NCBI GenBank assembly: GCA_040954595.2
Contig: CM082578.2
Coordinates: forward strand, 6,619,519 to 6,683,518
DNA: 64,000 bases
DNA from: Balanoglossus misakiensis
Lineage: Eukaryota; Animalia; Hemichordata
Direction of reading: 5' to 3'
A model generated the notes under the pieces. That model saw only the letters and a list, made by a program, of their open reading frames with translations. It was not told the DNA's origin and made no database searches. The position numbers and the translations under genes are program-made. Below, in pieces: positions 12,701 through 26,454 of the stretch (positions are counted from its first letter, which is position 1; the number at the start of each line of letters is the position of its first letter).

Positions 12701-15700
12701 AGCTTGTCTTTCAATGAGAACATTCAGGCTAATTTTGGTGCAACCCCTCTAAGATATCCTTTTAACAAATAACAAATAGATAGATTTGGTGGGGGGGGGG
12801 GCAAGAGGGTGATGGAGGGAGATGGGGAGTGGTTGTGTGCATGGGTGCAGGTCTGCAGATTTCGTGGCCTCTCAGACATTTCTACAACTGGGAAACTGGA
12901 GACTAAAATGCTTAAATCAATTCAGTTTATCCTGTAATATTATTCATTCTGAATCAACCAGAGTGTACTACCTATGTAACCTCACTAAATGATCACTTAA
13001 AACAATAATGGAATATCTGTTGGGGAAAAATATTTGTTTTTTTCTAACCATGGTTTGTGTAGTCAGTTGATTGTAAGGCTCCAGAAACACTCCAGAAAAA
13101 TCCCACAATGTCCTTAACGCAAGTTCACATATCCAGTGGAAGGGTACAGACCACTTCAAGATGCACCAAAAGAGGACCTGGCACGAGTCAGTACCTGGAT
13201 TGATTGCTTGGAAAGAGTGCTTCCTAGTTTAATCGACACCAAGGTAAATAAGTATATATGAAATGACAGGCAATGTGCCACAATATTGGAGTCAGATTCA
13301 TGAGAGATTACAAAGCCACCACGAAATGCAGTCTGAACTCATGTCATTCAATGACATTTTCTGTGGTTTGTTTCCCCTTGACAGATTTCTGCCAACGTCA
13401 AGCTTGTATCGGATCAAGCCAGGCAGTCGTACAGCAGCAAACTGCTGGTGTGCGCTCACATCTTTGAGAAAATGGCACCTTTGTTGGTGAGTCATGGTTT
13501 TATCAAACTCTTCATCATGTGTGTACTGTAGTGTGTGATCTGTCATTAGCCTTGATTCTACTTGTACTTCTACACAATTTTAATTTTTAGCATGTTATGT
13601 CTGTAGCTCTTTATGTCTTTGTTAGATCTATCTTATTGCATACCGGTAGTTGTGCTTATTTTAATTATTTGTATTTTTATCTGTCAGCATGTGTATTACT
13701 GTGTATAGTGTGTTTATCTCTGTCAGTGTATATACCAGTGTATATGGGTAGCTTGGAGTATTTGTGTGCATGCTTCTGTACGGGTCCAAATATGCAAATT
13801 TAGTATAATATGTTGTATGCACGAAATTATGAATGTCAATAAAAAAAACAACTTTGTGAACATTTAAAAAAAATATGAATATGAGTAATAGTTGGATCTT
13901 GTTTTGAGATGCAGATCTTTATCATAAGTGATGTTACTACTTCCTATTATGTACAGAATGTGCCGTATATTGTGGATGCAGTTCTGATCAAGTTCATGTT
14001 GAAGCTGTGCGACAACCGAGTACCGCTGGGAGAACAGCCGCTGGTCACCAAGATGCTGGATGTGATGTGGATGTTCATGGAAGACCACGAGCTCAAGAAA
14101 TGTCTGGAGATGCTCGCTTCCATTCTCATCACCAAGTATAGGTTTTCTCCCGTCTCAAAGGACATGAAGTTTCAGGTCGGTCCCTTATAGACTACAAGTC
14201 GTCGTTTCTCATCTCAGCGACGTGGCGTATGGGCAACATGTCTGTCTGAGCTGAGTGTTTGGACCTGCCAAAACTTTTAAAACATGAAGCTCTCAGGGAA
14301 ATGTGAAATAGCCAGTTACTTAGCATTTCACAAAGTGTCTTCAGTAGAAAATATCTTTACTCTTATTGCCATCGTGAGACGCCTTTTCTGATTGGCTCCG
14401 TTGCCTCAGTCTTCATTAACGCATGCAGCTATTGCTGTAAATAGGACCATGGTTTATGACTATCCTTGGTCTCTGATGCTCACACATTTCATGCCTGCCA
14501 TGCATAATATCCACACCACATCAGGCGTGCACCTGGAGAAAATGACATACACTAACCACTGCAACCACTACAGTATTAGTAGCTTTGTCCAAACATACAG
14601 TAATTTCCCACAGCTACATTTTACATTATGTGCCTTTTGTTGCAGGCCATGTACCTTACGCTGTACCTGACGGTTTTGAGGCATGAGAAGACAAGGAAGC
14701 ACCTCCTGAAACACGTCCTCTTTGACAAAGTGCGGTTTCCCTTCATCATGATGACCAAGCCGCCTGACGATACGGTCTTGGCTGAAATGATCCCAACAGT
14801 GTATTGGAAAGATGACAAGGTAATGCTTCCTTTTCATAATCTAGTGCCCTCATGCAGCCGTCATGAGTTTGAACTCAAGCGAGGCCAATTGGGGAAAAGA
14901 TCTGTTAACAGGTCAAGGGGGCTACCCCATTGGTGTTGTTGCTTTGAGTTTCAATTTGTCTCGATGGTTGTGTGAGGGCGCTAGACTTATCAAAAGGGTG
15001 TACACCATGGTAGGAGAATAGTGGTTTTAGCCGTTCACTGCCACTGTTTGACCCAATTCATTGTTTTCCATGGTAACAGGGATATGGGTGTGAAAGGGTT
15101 AGATGTATATTGTATGATTTTCATGGATGTATTCTGGTAATCCCAGAAACATCTGTAGAAACATATTGCACCATAGATGGCATATACCGGTACTCTAGTT
15201 AAAATATTGAATGTCTGTTGCTCTTTCAGGCAGAGAAACTTTCAGATGAAGACAAGAAAAATAAGGCATTGTATGAGAAGCATTGTAAATCACTGCAGGC
15301 ATGCGTGCATGTCTTGGAAGAAATTCAAGTTGAGATTCTCAAGATATTACTCGACAACAGTGACAATGCCAAGGGTCCATCTACAAGATTTATTTTCATT
15401 GGAAAATTCAGGCACTTTCTCAAGGAACATGCTTTTGTAAGTATGTGAAAATGGAAAATGACAATTTCTGTGTACATGTAGTGGGTGACACGAGTATGCA
15501 TGGATCTTGCTTCTTTTATTTCCTGGGGCCCACAAAGCCCAAGAGGCCAGGCAAAGGGAAACAATAATATGATGAAATCTGATTGATGGATTACCGGTAC
15601 TTCTTAATTGGCTTCAGAACTATTTCCCTATATCAGAGGCCAATGTCATAAGTTGTGCAAAAACAATAAACTATGTAGCAAGCATCTGCATCCTTGTTGT

Positions 15701-18700
15701 CTATTTCTAGATCTCATCAAAACTGATGTTTAAATAGCATAAGCTCTTTGACTGTATTGAAGGCAAATCTGTTTTTTTCCCCTTTCACATTTCAGCTGCA
15801 GCCAGCCATTCTCCAGTGCCCTCTGCCAGTCACGCTGTGTTTTTTCCATCGCCTGGTGGTTGCCGTGCGCTACTACTGGGACAAGCATGCAGATGACCAT
15901 CCAGAAGCCGTGCGCAATGGAGGTACGATTTTCATTTCCTGTCTCGGGTTGATCTAGAATAATCACCCTTGTAAGGGACTCAGTTTAGCAATGGGGAATA
16001 AGTTTTCACAGTGTCCATGACTGTGGGATTTGATACACCAACACGTGTCACTGGGCCAGGCAACGGTATCCTTTTTTGACGCGTGGTGATCTGACAGTAT
16101 GATGCTGCAATTTTCACTCAATCACTACACCAAGATATCTGAACAGCTAAATGATGTAGGTGGTGTATGTTGTGTGCTAAATGTACAGTAGCCCAATCAT
16201 TTTATAATGTCTCTTTTTTTATATTTTTAGATGCCTTTGTGCCTGCACATGTTTTCTATGACAACACAGTTGATTTCTTCACGTTGAACAGAGTGGGAGG
16301 AGTGTCCTCACACCTGGACAAAGAGCTGAAAGGTAGGGCGGAAACAAGTCCCTGTATGTGTACTCTAACCAGATAGATAGAGCTCTTTCCATAAGTCTCT
16401 ACAGTCAAAGAATCAAATCCCCCAGAAGCCCCGCCCCCTTGTACACTGCTATTGACTTTATTTCAAAGCGGAGATGTGATGAAGGAAGTGACTGATGTTA
16501 ACAGAAGTTGCTCGCACTCTTTCAGATGAGCTTGAAAAGATTGGCATCAAAAGAAATTCTAACGAACTCAAAGATCAGGGGTTTTCCACGGTGAAACTAT
16601 CGGCTGAAGATAAAGGTAATGGCATGTATACACGTATGCATATCTGCTTGTGTTGTGGCACATTCCAGTATGGCAGCTAGGTGCCTATGCTGTTAAAGAA
16701 TCTCTTAATTTCTCATGCTCAATACATTACCATCCATACAGTTTTTGAATACAGATAGGTTGTGTCGTTGTCAGCAATCATGAAAGCTTTCTGAAGGCCA
16801 ATTTTCCCAGAATTTTGCCTTTGAAGATGATGTGTGACCCCAGTTTCTAAAATACTACCCCAAGCACACAAGAACAGTAAAAACCTGTCTAAACCAAACC
16901 CTGTCTAATCTGGAAACCTGCCCATACCGAACCCTTTTCCTGTTCCTTTGACATAGAAGTTAGAACCACATGTTAAAAGAACCTCTATGAACCAGACACC
17001 TCTACAAACTGATGTTTCTTCAGTCCTTTGGTGTTTGGTTTAGACAGGTTTTACTGTATATATTAGATTATTCCCTCTGTTCACCAAATACTACATTTGA
17101 CATGATTCTCATTTGAGTTAAGTTAGTAGCTGCATTTAATGTTTCCATTGACCTCCAGGTGCCGGTGCCAGTAAAAGCAGCGGCCAGAGCAAATCACGAC
17201 CGCCTGGCGGTGATGCGTCTAGCAGCGGCAGAAAAGAGGCTGGCGGTGATTTGCGACAACGCGAGCAGCCGTCGGCAAGTTCCCTGATAGAGATCCTGGA
17301 CGGCCTCATCATGCTCTACGATATCGGTGTGCACAAACAGTTGGGCAAGATGGCAGCGCTGTACGAGAACGCGTCCGAGTTTGCGGCGGCTTTGAAGGAC
17401 ACTGAGGAGAAGATGAGAAAATGCCCAGAAGAGGTAAACAGTATACGCATATTGACTGGACGCGCTGTAGGCTTTTCAGTTTGATTAGTTTAGTAGAACC
17501 ACAAGCAGAGAACTTTAGTTAAATTGTTGCAAAATTTACGATTGCGGTATGCAGTACAGTCGTTTCTTTTTGTTACAAAAGACGTTTATTTTATCACCAG
17601 AGGACAAAGAATTTCAAAGGTATTTTGAAATCTGTAGTAACATGGATGTTTTCTCTGCCTGCAGAACACAGAGGTGTACTCAGCCTTACAACATGCATAT
17701 AACACGTTTCACGAGAAAACCAGTGAGCATGCAAGACACGTGGCGTGGGTGGCCACAATAGTCTATCCGAAGGTATGTTGCATTGGGGGAGACATAAAGC
17801 CTTCCGTGCAAGATCCAAGATCGTCTGTCAGTTGCTCTTTGTTCTCATTTCATGTTTTATTTTTGTTAGTGAAGTGTAAAGTACGTGTATATGTCAAGAT
17901 GCTGCAGTTGAACAGTGGTAGATGTTAAACTCCAACTTACTGCATCAGAATTACTTTGCGGGACACTGAACAACTACATTTCACCATTCACAGTTTCATC
18001 AACCCTGTACAGCAAGAGATTATCTTGTGACTTCTACATACATGTATCTTATGCTAAAGGCATCTGTGAGAGTTTGTGTTCAAAATTGATCAGTATGAGT
18101 CAAAATACAACTGAAGTATGGCACAGAGTGATTTTCCCAATTATGATGAACAAAGTGAACCACAGTGCCCTTGGCGCTATATTTTACATACAGGGTACAC
18201 AATCCTGCAGTTCAGACTGAATGATACAGCTGTGATAACCACAGCTAACTCTCTTTCCTGTTTACATTGACAGCCCAAACAAGATAACGTGTTTTGGCTG
18301 CTGAAGGCAGTGCTGGCGTCAATTGATGGTGCCAATCGCACCAATAAACTGTTTTCGTATGTACCAGAATACTACATTGACACGGTTGTCAATGCGTACA
18401 ATGCACTGAAAAATTACTTCAGTCTGGTCCATCCTTTGTCAGATATACAAGGTATGTATGAGAGAGGGGTAGATAGAGGGAGGGGGGGGGCATACTAGAT
18501 GTTTTACATGTGTACTGTAATGATTTTTATTAGCAAGACTACATGTTCGTTTTAAATGCATTTCTTTCAAAGTTGACAGTACACTGTGACTTACATAAGC
18601 CCACAAGCACTCTCATATTAAATTTTTAAATGCATTGAATTTAGCAATTGATGAATACCAGTAAAAACTATACCAAGAATTGTGTTATAACACTCTCCTT

Positions 18701-21700
18701 TAATAACCCTGCCTTACCTACTATTTGGTTGTAGGCAGTAAAGATATGGTGATCAAATATGGCATCTTCCTGAGTCGCCATTTTGGAGACGACAGAATCA
18801 GGAAGTCCGACATGAAAGATGTCATCATCCAAGCTTTGATGTGGTTTGTTGCCAACAAAGACACGCTGATGTCGTTGGAAAGCATGCCGAAAGAAGAGTA
18901 AGTGTAGTTATGTTAGAAATTGGGTCTTGACAGTTTGGGATGTGTCGTAAAGGTGTGTTTTATGTGTGGACGGCAATGGTTGCCTGTGTATTAAAGCCAG
19001 GCCACATGTACAATGCTGGATACTGGCTCGCTGGCAAATCACAGATTTTCATTTGTGGGCCACATGATATAAAGTGAGCCAATCACAAGAATACTTAGAC
19101 CCCTTCTTTAATCATATACTTAATTTGATATTTGTGTGTGTTTTGAAACAGGCAAATGTCCATGGTGAAGTCTCTCCTCGCTCCGTATGAAAACAGAGCC
19201 TGGGCACAGACCAACTGGATTCTAGTCAGGGTATGGAAGGTAGGTCACCAAACACAGAATACAATCACATATACACTGTATACATGTATTCTCACGAAGT
19301 TATTTATTATTTATAATTATTTAATTCTTGTGAAAAGCTTGTACTATACAATCCCATTACATTACAAGTAGTATTGTGTGACAAGGTGGGAAATCAATGA
19401 ATCTAGTATGTAACATGATCATTATTCTCCAAGAATTCAAAGAATTAGTATTTTCCTAACTAAAATGTACTCATGCATTATTTTTGCCAAACAAGTGTGA
19501 TCATGTCTCAGTGAAGATTTTGTATCTCCACACGGTTCCTGAATCCAAATCTAAAAAAAAATCAAGTTGGTCATATCGTTTCTGAGATCAGAATAATAAT
19601 ACCAGAATTTTATGCACACTTTGTTTTTGTCTAATCTGAGGTTGTGTTTCTGTAGGGTTGTGGTTTCGGTTTTCGCTACGTGAAGCCCCCTCATTTACTG
19701 TCTCCCACGCAACCCAACAAGGACAAAGAGGGGACAATTCTACAAAGTGAGTACCAGAACTAAACTTTGGCCATTTTTTTTTCTTCAACATTTTCTCCTT
19801 TGTATGAAGTACATTTTTTCACCATGCAAAATACTTTCATTGACATAGTCACTGTATGTGTCGTGACCTTTATTACTAATGACAAGTCCAGGCTTATTCA
19901 ACTACTATGACATGGTTGTGTGTACACCCACAGTGTGTATTGATAAGAATAGATAATATGCTGTGGATTTTTGAAACTTTGACATTTTTTCACTATTTTT
20001 TGCAGGGCCATGTCCATCGCTTCTGTTCCAAGACCTCATACGGGAGGCACTCTTAGAAGACGACAAATTTACAACTCATTTTTTGAACTCAGTACTAAAT
20101 CAGCTGAACTGGGCATTTTCAGAGTTTATTGGCATGCTGCAGGAGGTAGGTGCCAAAGTCTGTGATCTTCAAAAGTTAATGTTGTGTTTCACAGGATTTT
20201 ACACAAAAAAATGTTCAAATAACAGTCACTTTGGAATGCAGATGTGATTCCATGGTTTTACTCCTGACGCAATAATTTATTATGATATGTGCTGATAAAA
20301 TGTGATGTTGGCAAGTACATGTAATGACCATTTCCCACTAACTTCAACAAGAAATTCACTTTCAAAAATAAAAATTAGGAGTTTCGTTTTTCAATATATA
20401 CAGCTATATTTTGTTGTTGTGTCTACTAGATATCACATTTATCGACCAAGCCTGAACCACACTATGTTGACTCGAGGCAACTGAAGTTGTGTGGCACCTG
20501 CTTTGACCTCACTGTTGGTTTGACCCGGGTGTTAGAATTTGTCACGGCAAAAGTACCGGAAATATTCCTGGACTGGTCCCGGCCGACAGCGGAGTCAATA
20601 CTTTGTAGGTTGTTTCAGGTGAGAATCTCAAGGAGCTGTTGTTGAGTGTGTATGATTTGTTGATATTTCGTTGCACGTTTGATTGCAATTACAATGTTTA
20701 TTGTGCGACAGTGTGCTTTGAAGTTGGTATATTGGCATGTCTTTAGCAAGATGATGACAAGGGTGGCATTTCTAGACGAAAGTATCACGGATGTTGTTGA
20801 TCTGTGAGTGGGTCTTATCGAATCGATAGCATTATGCAATGACAAATCACCCGTTCATGTGTGCTGGATGTTTTGTGTTGAAATGGGACCAAATTACTGC
20901 CCACTGATGTAACTGAATTTTTGTCAGTCAGTCAGTCCCTGCGTTAACAATCTGTTCTTGAGACAGCAGTAGCAGTCCCATGGTCCACTTTCTGTTGCTG
21001 TTTTACCCATTGCAGCTTCCTATGTACATGTTTCCATTTTCATTTGAATTAAACGCAGCCCTGTTTAACCCTTTCACTCCCAGTTCCCTCTATAGAGGTC
21101 CAACCTTACCATAGAAAACAATGAAGTTGGACTTGTCAGATTATTAGACAAGGATATCAAATCACATAGCGTGGAAGAGTACTGACTCCTGATTTTATTT
21201 CATTTCAGCTGCTGACCCAAGTCTTGAACCGAGTCACGGCCCGTTACAATGTCTTTGAGAATGTGGTGCGAGTGGATCTGCCAGGCATGGACAGTGTGGA
21301 TCACTTCCCCATCCTGGCCGCAGTGGCCGGAATATTAACCAATCTACTCTGTCACAGCAATCCCAAATTGTGAGTGAATGCACTTCCTTCTCCTTTCCAG
21401 AACTTCTGTGGTTTATTTTTGACATAATACTTGGACCATAGTGTCGTGAAATTTGCCTTCACAGAGAGTTCTCTTACTGCCAGTCCAAAGAGAACAGTTC
21501 TTTATTTCCTAAGAGCTCTCTTGAAGGTATACGGTCACCTATGGAAATTTAGCTACAGTTACCATGGTAACTTGAGATCGAGCCAATAACGGATTTTCAG
21601 TGGGTGGCTTATGCGAAAAAGAGCGCCACCATATGTTCTTTAGAACCCTCAAATACGCCATTTCAGCCATATATGGGCATATGTAAATTGGAGGTGGCCG

Positions 21701-23086
21701 TATACCTTTAACCAGTGTAGTCAGGACAGACATAGTTGCATACCAAGAAACTGAACAGATGTCCATAATAGACAGGTTTTACTGTAGCATTTGTTATAGG
21801 AATGTCATTCCAGGGGTTTGTACATTACTGTCAAGTATAATTTTCATTTACTCATAGTGGAAAAATTACAGAAATGCCTGATTTTAAAAGACTATTTTTA
21901 TTTGGATTTCACAGCAAAGAGTGTGCCACTTCAGCCATATTAGCAGACCCCAATTTCCAGATTTTAACGGTGGAGTTTCTGCTAGATGGTGACGGGCCTG
22001 CCGCTGCCACAATCAGGGGACAGAGAAGATTTGATAGCAACTTTTCGTTTAGGAAATGTAAGTGTGACTACTGTGTTGATAAGAGGTGACTTTTTTTCTC
22101 TGTCAAGTGTTTTGTAAGCTTTGTTATTTTATGATGTTTTTTGAAAGGAGAAAGTTGTCTTTTAACAGTGTGCATAAAGAAAAATTGTATCAGTCTTATT
22201 ATGGAAATGTAAAGTCTGGCATCAGAACTTCCAGAAGCTGATGATCATTTTTGATGGCGGCATAACTTGAGACAAGCATGTCTGTTTTATTGTGTTATTG
22301 GATTATGTTGCCAATTATATTATTAATTGTCCTGAATTTTGTACTGGTGTTGATTTGCAGATGATGAGATTGGTCCAGAGGAAGTTGAAAAGTTGGCCGA
22401 GATGATCTCTCACTTGAAAGCACAACAGATTGTTGCCCCACCACCGCCACAGGTAGGTCTTCAAGAATTGCGATACTATGATATACCAGGCAGGATAGTA
22501 GAAAAAAATGCCTTAGATAGGCCTACTCTTGAATAACATGTGGGACGCAGACTGCTGTGGGGTTCTATGGAAAAAGAGATGCAGAGTATAGAGTATAGCA
22601 TGTATAAACCAATGGCTGTGTTTGTTGTTTGTTCCAGACACCTGCGGATGAAGAGATCTGTCCTATCTGTTATGCAAGACCCCTCACCAAGGTGTTCCAA
22701 CCTTGTGGACATAAATCATGCAAGTGAGTTGGCATGTCAAAATGTTTCTCATATTGTATATTGTAGGATTAATTTTTGCTTGCTTGTATTTCTCTGCATC
22801 AGTAACTCAAGAAAATACATTTTTACGTGACTTTATTTTCGCGTTTGTTTGGCTCTCGCGAATTAAGCGAAAATTTATTGCTCACGAAAATACCCCGTTT
22901 TACAGTACCTAGCACCAAATTACAACCTGTTGCATCCTTCGGGTAGATTCGGGCGCTGATGGGGCTACTGTTGTTGTCTCTTTCAGATCATGTATCACCC
23001 AGCATCTGATGAACAATAACACCTGTTTCTTCTGCAAGGCGGAGATCAAAGACGTCAAGGATATTCCTCCCAAACTGTTTCTGTGA
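9713..23086 (+). CDS. RNF123: E3 ubiquitin ligase RNF123 (KPC1): N-terminal SPRY domain, C-terminal RING; 27 coding exons, ~1261 aa
   Basis: Exons: 9713-9824, 10756-10840, 11468-11562, 11809-12071, 12357-12511, 12628-12753, 13129-13243, 13385-13486, 13957-14175, 14646-14819, 15230-15436, 15796-15922, 16231-16332, 16526-16615, 17159-17433, 17665-17772, 18274-18451, 18735-18897, 19152-19239, 19656-19746, 20006-20145, 20430-20618, 21209-21369, 21915-22057, 22361-22452, 22638-22723, 22987-23086 (3786 nt, open frame). Motifs: [66 protein letters not shown], and RING CPIC...[25 protein letters not shown]. The first two exons are less certain. Confidence 0.93.
11563..11808 (+). other. GC-AG intron in RNF123
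   Basis: Donor AAGG|GCAAGT is the local site matching the phase-1 acceptor CACAG|TT at 11808. The GT at 11568 would break the frame. Confidence 0.75.
12754..13128 (+). other. U12-type AT-AC intron in RNF123
   Basis: 5'ss |ATATCCTTTT; branch point TCCTTAAC at 13111-13118; 3'ss TTCAC|. Splicing joins [18 protein letters not shown]. Confidence 0.93.
16874..17056. mobile_element. Tc1/mariner-pogo-like MITE; a related degenerate end lies near 21770-21785
   Basis: Termini CAGTAAAAACCTGTCTAAACCAAAC ... GTTTGGTTTAGACAGGTTTTACTG, followed by TA. Confidence 0.7.
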
Positions 23087-23948
23087 ATATCTGAATTGTG
23101 TGATGCGGTCAGAGTGTGCGTCAATCGTGTGTCTATTAATACATTGTGGGATACAGGGATTTTTAGCTCTATCACTTCGAAGAAATATTCACTTGTAGTG
23201 CAAGTCAGACGGTGAAGATATTTATTCAGGAAAATTTTAAATACGAGGGTAAATTTTCATAACATTTCCAGGTAGGACAGTTGCAGTAATGCATTCAAAT
23301 CTATACCAGTAATTAATTATAAAAATAGCAACGCACAGAATCAAAGTTATTTATTACAATATAGAGCATGATGTTCCAAATTACTTTGCGAAAGCATTAT
23401 CAGATTTTCTGCTATGGTTGTCGTTTCTGCAGAGGAAGAGAAAAAAACTTATGCATGTAAGAAGTGTATGAGAGAGAGAGAGTGAATGTATGTACGTATT
23501 GATGAGAGAATCTTAAAAAATCTTTTCAAATGCATCTTCTTATTTTAATACCATGAATGGTTTTTATCAAGCATTTGCTTTTGCGAACTTTTATTGACTC
23601 AATAATTTTTTTAAAAAGATATTTCAGATTCCTCATTTACATTTTGGATTCTCTTTTGAAATCAGTATTAAAGCTAAAGTTATTATTGATTAGGGAATAA
23701 TTATAACTGTTCCTGGATAGATATTATGATAATATTAAGAAAGGGTGCATTGATCATCTGGTGTTTACCGTCATCAGCTATCACCCATGATAAGCCCTGC
23801 CATTGCCAGTACCTGGTAATATTGTGCAGTGGTGCGGCCATCTTGTGAAATTTGTTGAACTCATTGCGTAGTTTCAGATGGCAGATCTCCCACAAACTGT
23901 GGAAAATCAAGTAGTATTGTCGACTAGGCAAGAGAACCCACTCTTTAA

Positions 23949-24185
23949 AGTGAAGGGGTCGTCGCGCCGCGTTTGTTTGTTTATAAACATTAAAATTCAA
24001 AAATCCCTGAAATTTGATAACTCTTAGAACGAACAAAGCAGCCAAGCGTGGCGTAGACTGGGTATGAGAGCAACTGAAGATCCTAGTAGGTCGTGGCGAC
24101 TGCAGTGGGGTTTGCTCTGGTATGGGAGGACATGTATTCTCATCAAGAGGGGGGACACCCACGCGGCGCGACGACCCATTCCCTT
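23949..24185. mobile_element. TTAA-flanked MITE (Kolobok-like) between RNF123 and GMPPB
   Basis: TTAA|AGTGAAGGGGTCGTCGCGCCGCG ... CGCGGCGCGACGACCCATTCCCTT|TTAA; imperfect TIRs. Confidence 0.7.
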
Positions 24186-26454
24186 TTAACTTCATCTGAT
24201 CTGTGCATGCTGCATGCATGCAACCAAGCATTCTGGTGACACCATCAAATGGGTAATATGCAATCATGGTAGTGTGAACAATTTCGGATTTTCAATCAAC
24301 TGCAAAGAAGTACATATTTGCTATTTATTGCGGCTGTTTTTGCTGTACGAGAATCAAGACACTATATGGTATGTGAATTCGCATGCAAGTATACCTGTAA
24401 TGATATCAAATCCCTTGTGAGTCATTGTGTGTCGAGTCATCGCTGACTTTCAGGTAATTGTGTATTGCTGAGGCTGCCTAGTTGGGTTGTATACAAGGCT
24501 GAAAGTTCAAATGAGTAACGGGTTTGCTATAAATTCAGAAACAAGAATGTAGGAATCGAAAAATTGCGCTGGCTGTCTTTTAGTAACAACCAGTGTCGTC
24601 ATCAACTTATGTTTTTTGGATTAGACTGGCAGAATTAACGAAGTCTTCCAGATTGATCAAATTCATTATAATATCATTGATGCAAAGAAAAACAGTAACT
24701 TCTGTTGATTTCAGACATTCCATGTACTTTGGCTGTTTTCAGCCACATGTACTCACCCAATCAGGTCAGATTTAAATGTTATTTGTCACTGGGCTGTTAA
24801 ATAAAGCCCTTCTGTTCAATTTCCATGGCAGGCTTTTTGACTTCCTTGCGCCTATCTTTCTTGTAACACAAGTTGATGCAGATTCTGAGATTTGCTCTCC
24901 CATGATGATTACAGTGGACCACGCAAAGCCAAATCGTGTCTTGATTCTAGACTGACATAGGTGCTAGCTATTAATCTTTGAAGTATAAAAAAATAATATG
25001 TCGGTGTTTGTGTAAGTTGTCTCGCATGCAATGTGAGTGGTGTATATACTGTCAACATTTTCATTTTTGTTTGAAATCTTGCCTGTCTTCTACTTTTCAT
25101 TGTTTGTGTTTTGCTCGTCATGTATTGAAAATTATACTTAATTTTAATAAAGCATAATGCCATATTGATGAATGTCAATGTCATAGAAATTGATAGACTT
25201 GCTGGTTGTGTTCTTTTATGTAGACATATTTTGCAATGTGGCCATTGTTTCCCAGGGATGCGATCCATTGTTCTGAAAAGCACTGAAACCAGATTTCTCC
25301 CAAAATCATCGTTGTTTCAAAAGCTTGTGTTCTTTTTCGTCGATAACTTTATGTTGTGTGTGTTTATAAAGCCAACTACTGTCGTGGTGTGGTGTAATTC
25401 TTTATGCTTGGACCTGTTTGGGCCGATTTTCATAGAGCCAAGATAGTTGCTGTTGTCTCTTGTCAGTCAAACGGCATTAAGATTCGCCACTGATTTGGGG
25501 GGCCTTTTATACCCCGCACCAGGGTTTTATGTTGTCATCTTTGGTGTGCATGCCACAAATCATTGAGAAGATGTTCCGATAAAGAGAAAACCAAACTGCT
25601 AAACATTCATGAAACGTCTCTTTTATTTACACAATCAGTAAATTATCCTGATTTCTTGAGGTCTAGGAAAACAGTTCAGACATCTTCCAAGAAAATGTAC
25701 CGAGTATTTCTTTCCCATATGAAATTACATAAATCACGTCAGCCTGATTCCTGTCTGAAGAAATAATCCCAGTAAGTGATGAAATTGTGATTACATTTGA
25801 TATGAAGTAAGACAACTCAGTTGCACTGAATCCTAAAAATCATGTCTTGCGACCCACACTGTTCCCTTTCCACATTTGAATAATTAAAGCCATCACTAAA
25901 GTTGAAAGGTTACTACTGTCCATTGACATCGAACTAAGAAAGTTTCAAGAAAATCACTTGATCTTGTATTAAGCACTTCACCACCATGCTTTGGTCCAAA
26001 CTCATTCTTGTCAATGGTAAGTTTGGACCTCTACAGGGTGAAAGGGTTAAATTGAAACTATATAAAAAAAATTACCATAATTTCTCCTTTGGATCCAATC
26101 CAATGTAAAAACAAAAGCTGGGCACTGCTGAAAGCCGATATCTTTCTTTCCATTTGTTAAATCGTCTCCCAAAAGAAAAGAGGACCCCATCATGTGTACG
26201 TTCACATGTTTGTATGGAAACAGACTGAAAAGGGGCATGACCTGATCAAAATGTTCCTTGTGTACATTGTATCTTAGTATTCCTAGTGTCCTTTTCCCAT
26301 ATCCCGGAAGTCAAATGACAAGGATAATGCTGTATGTATGTGTGTGTGTGGGAGGGAGGGGGTCCTTGTGGATTCTATTCCGCATTTCATAATCTCTGGA
26401 TTTGGCTGCTGAAACACCCGATTGAATTTGTGTGGATCCGATCGTGGTCCGACT

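Noticed and set aside
23701-24267. 188-aa minus-strand ORF
   Set aside because: It runs across a MITE and has no recognisable domain or splice context; likely spurious.
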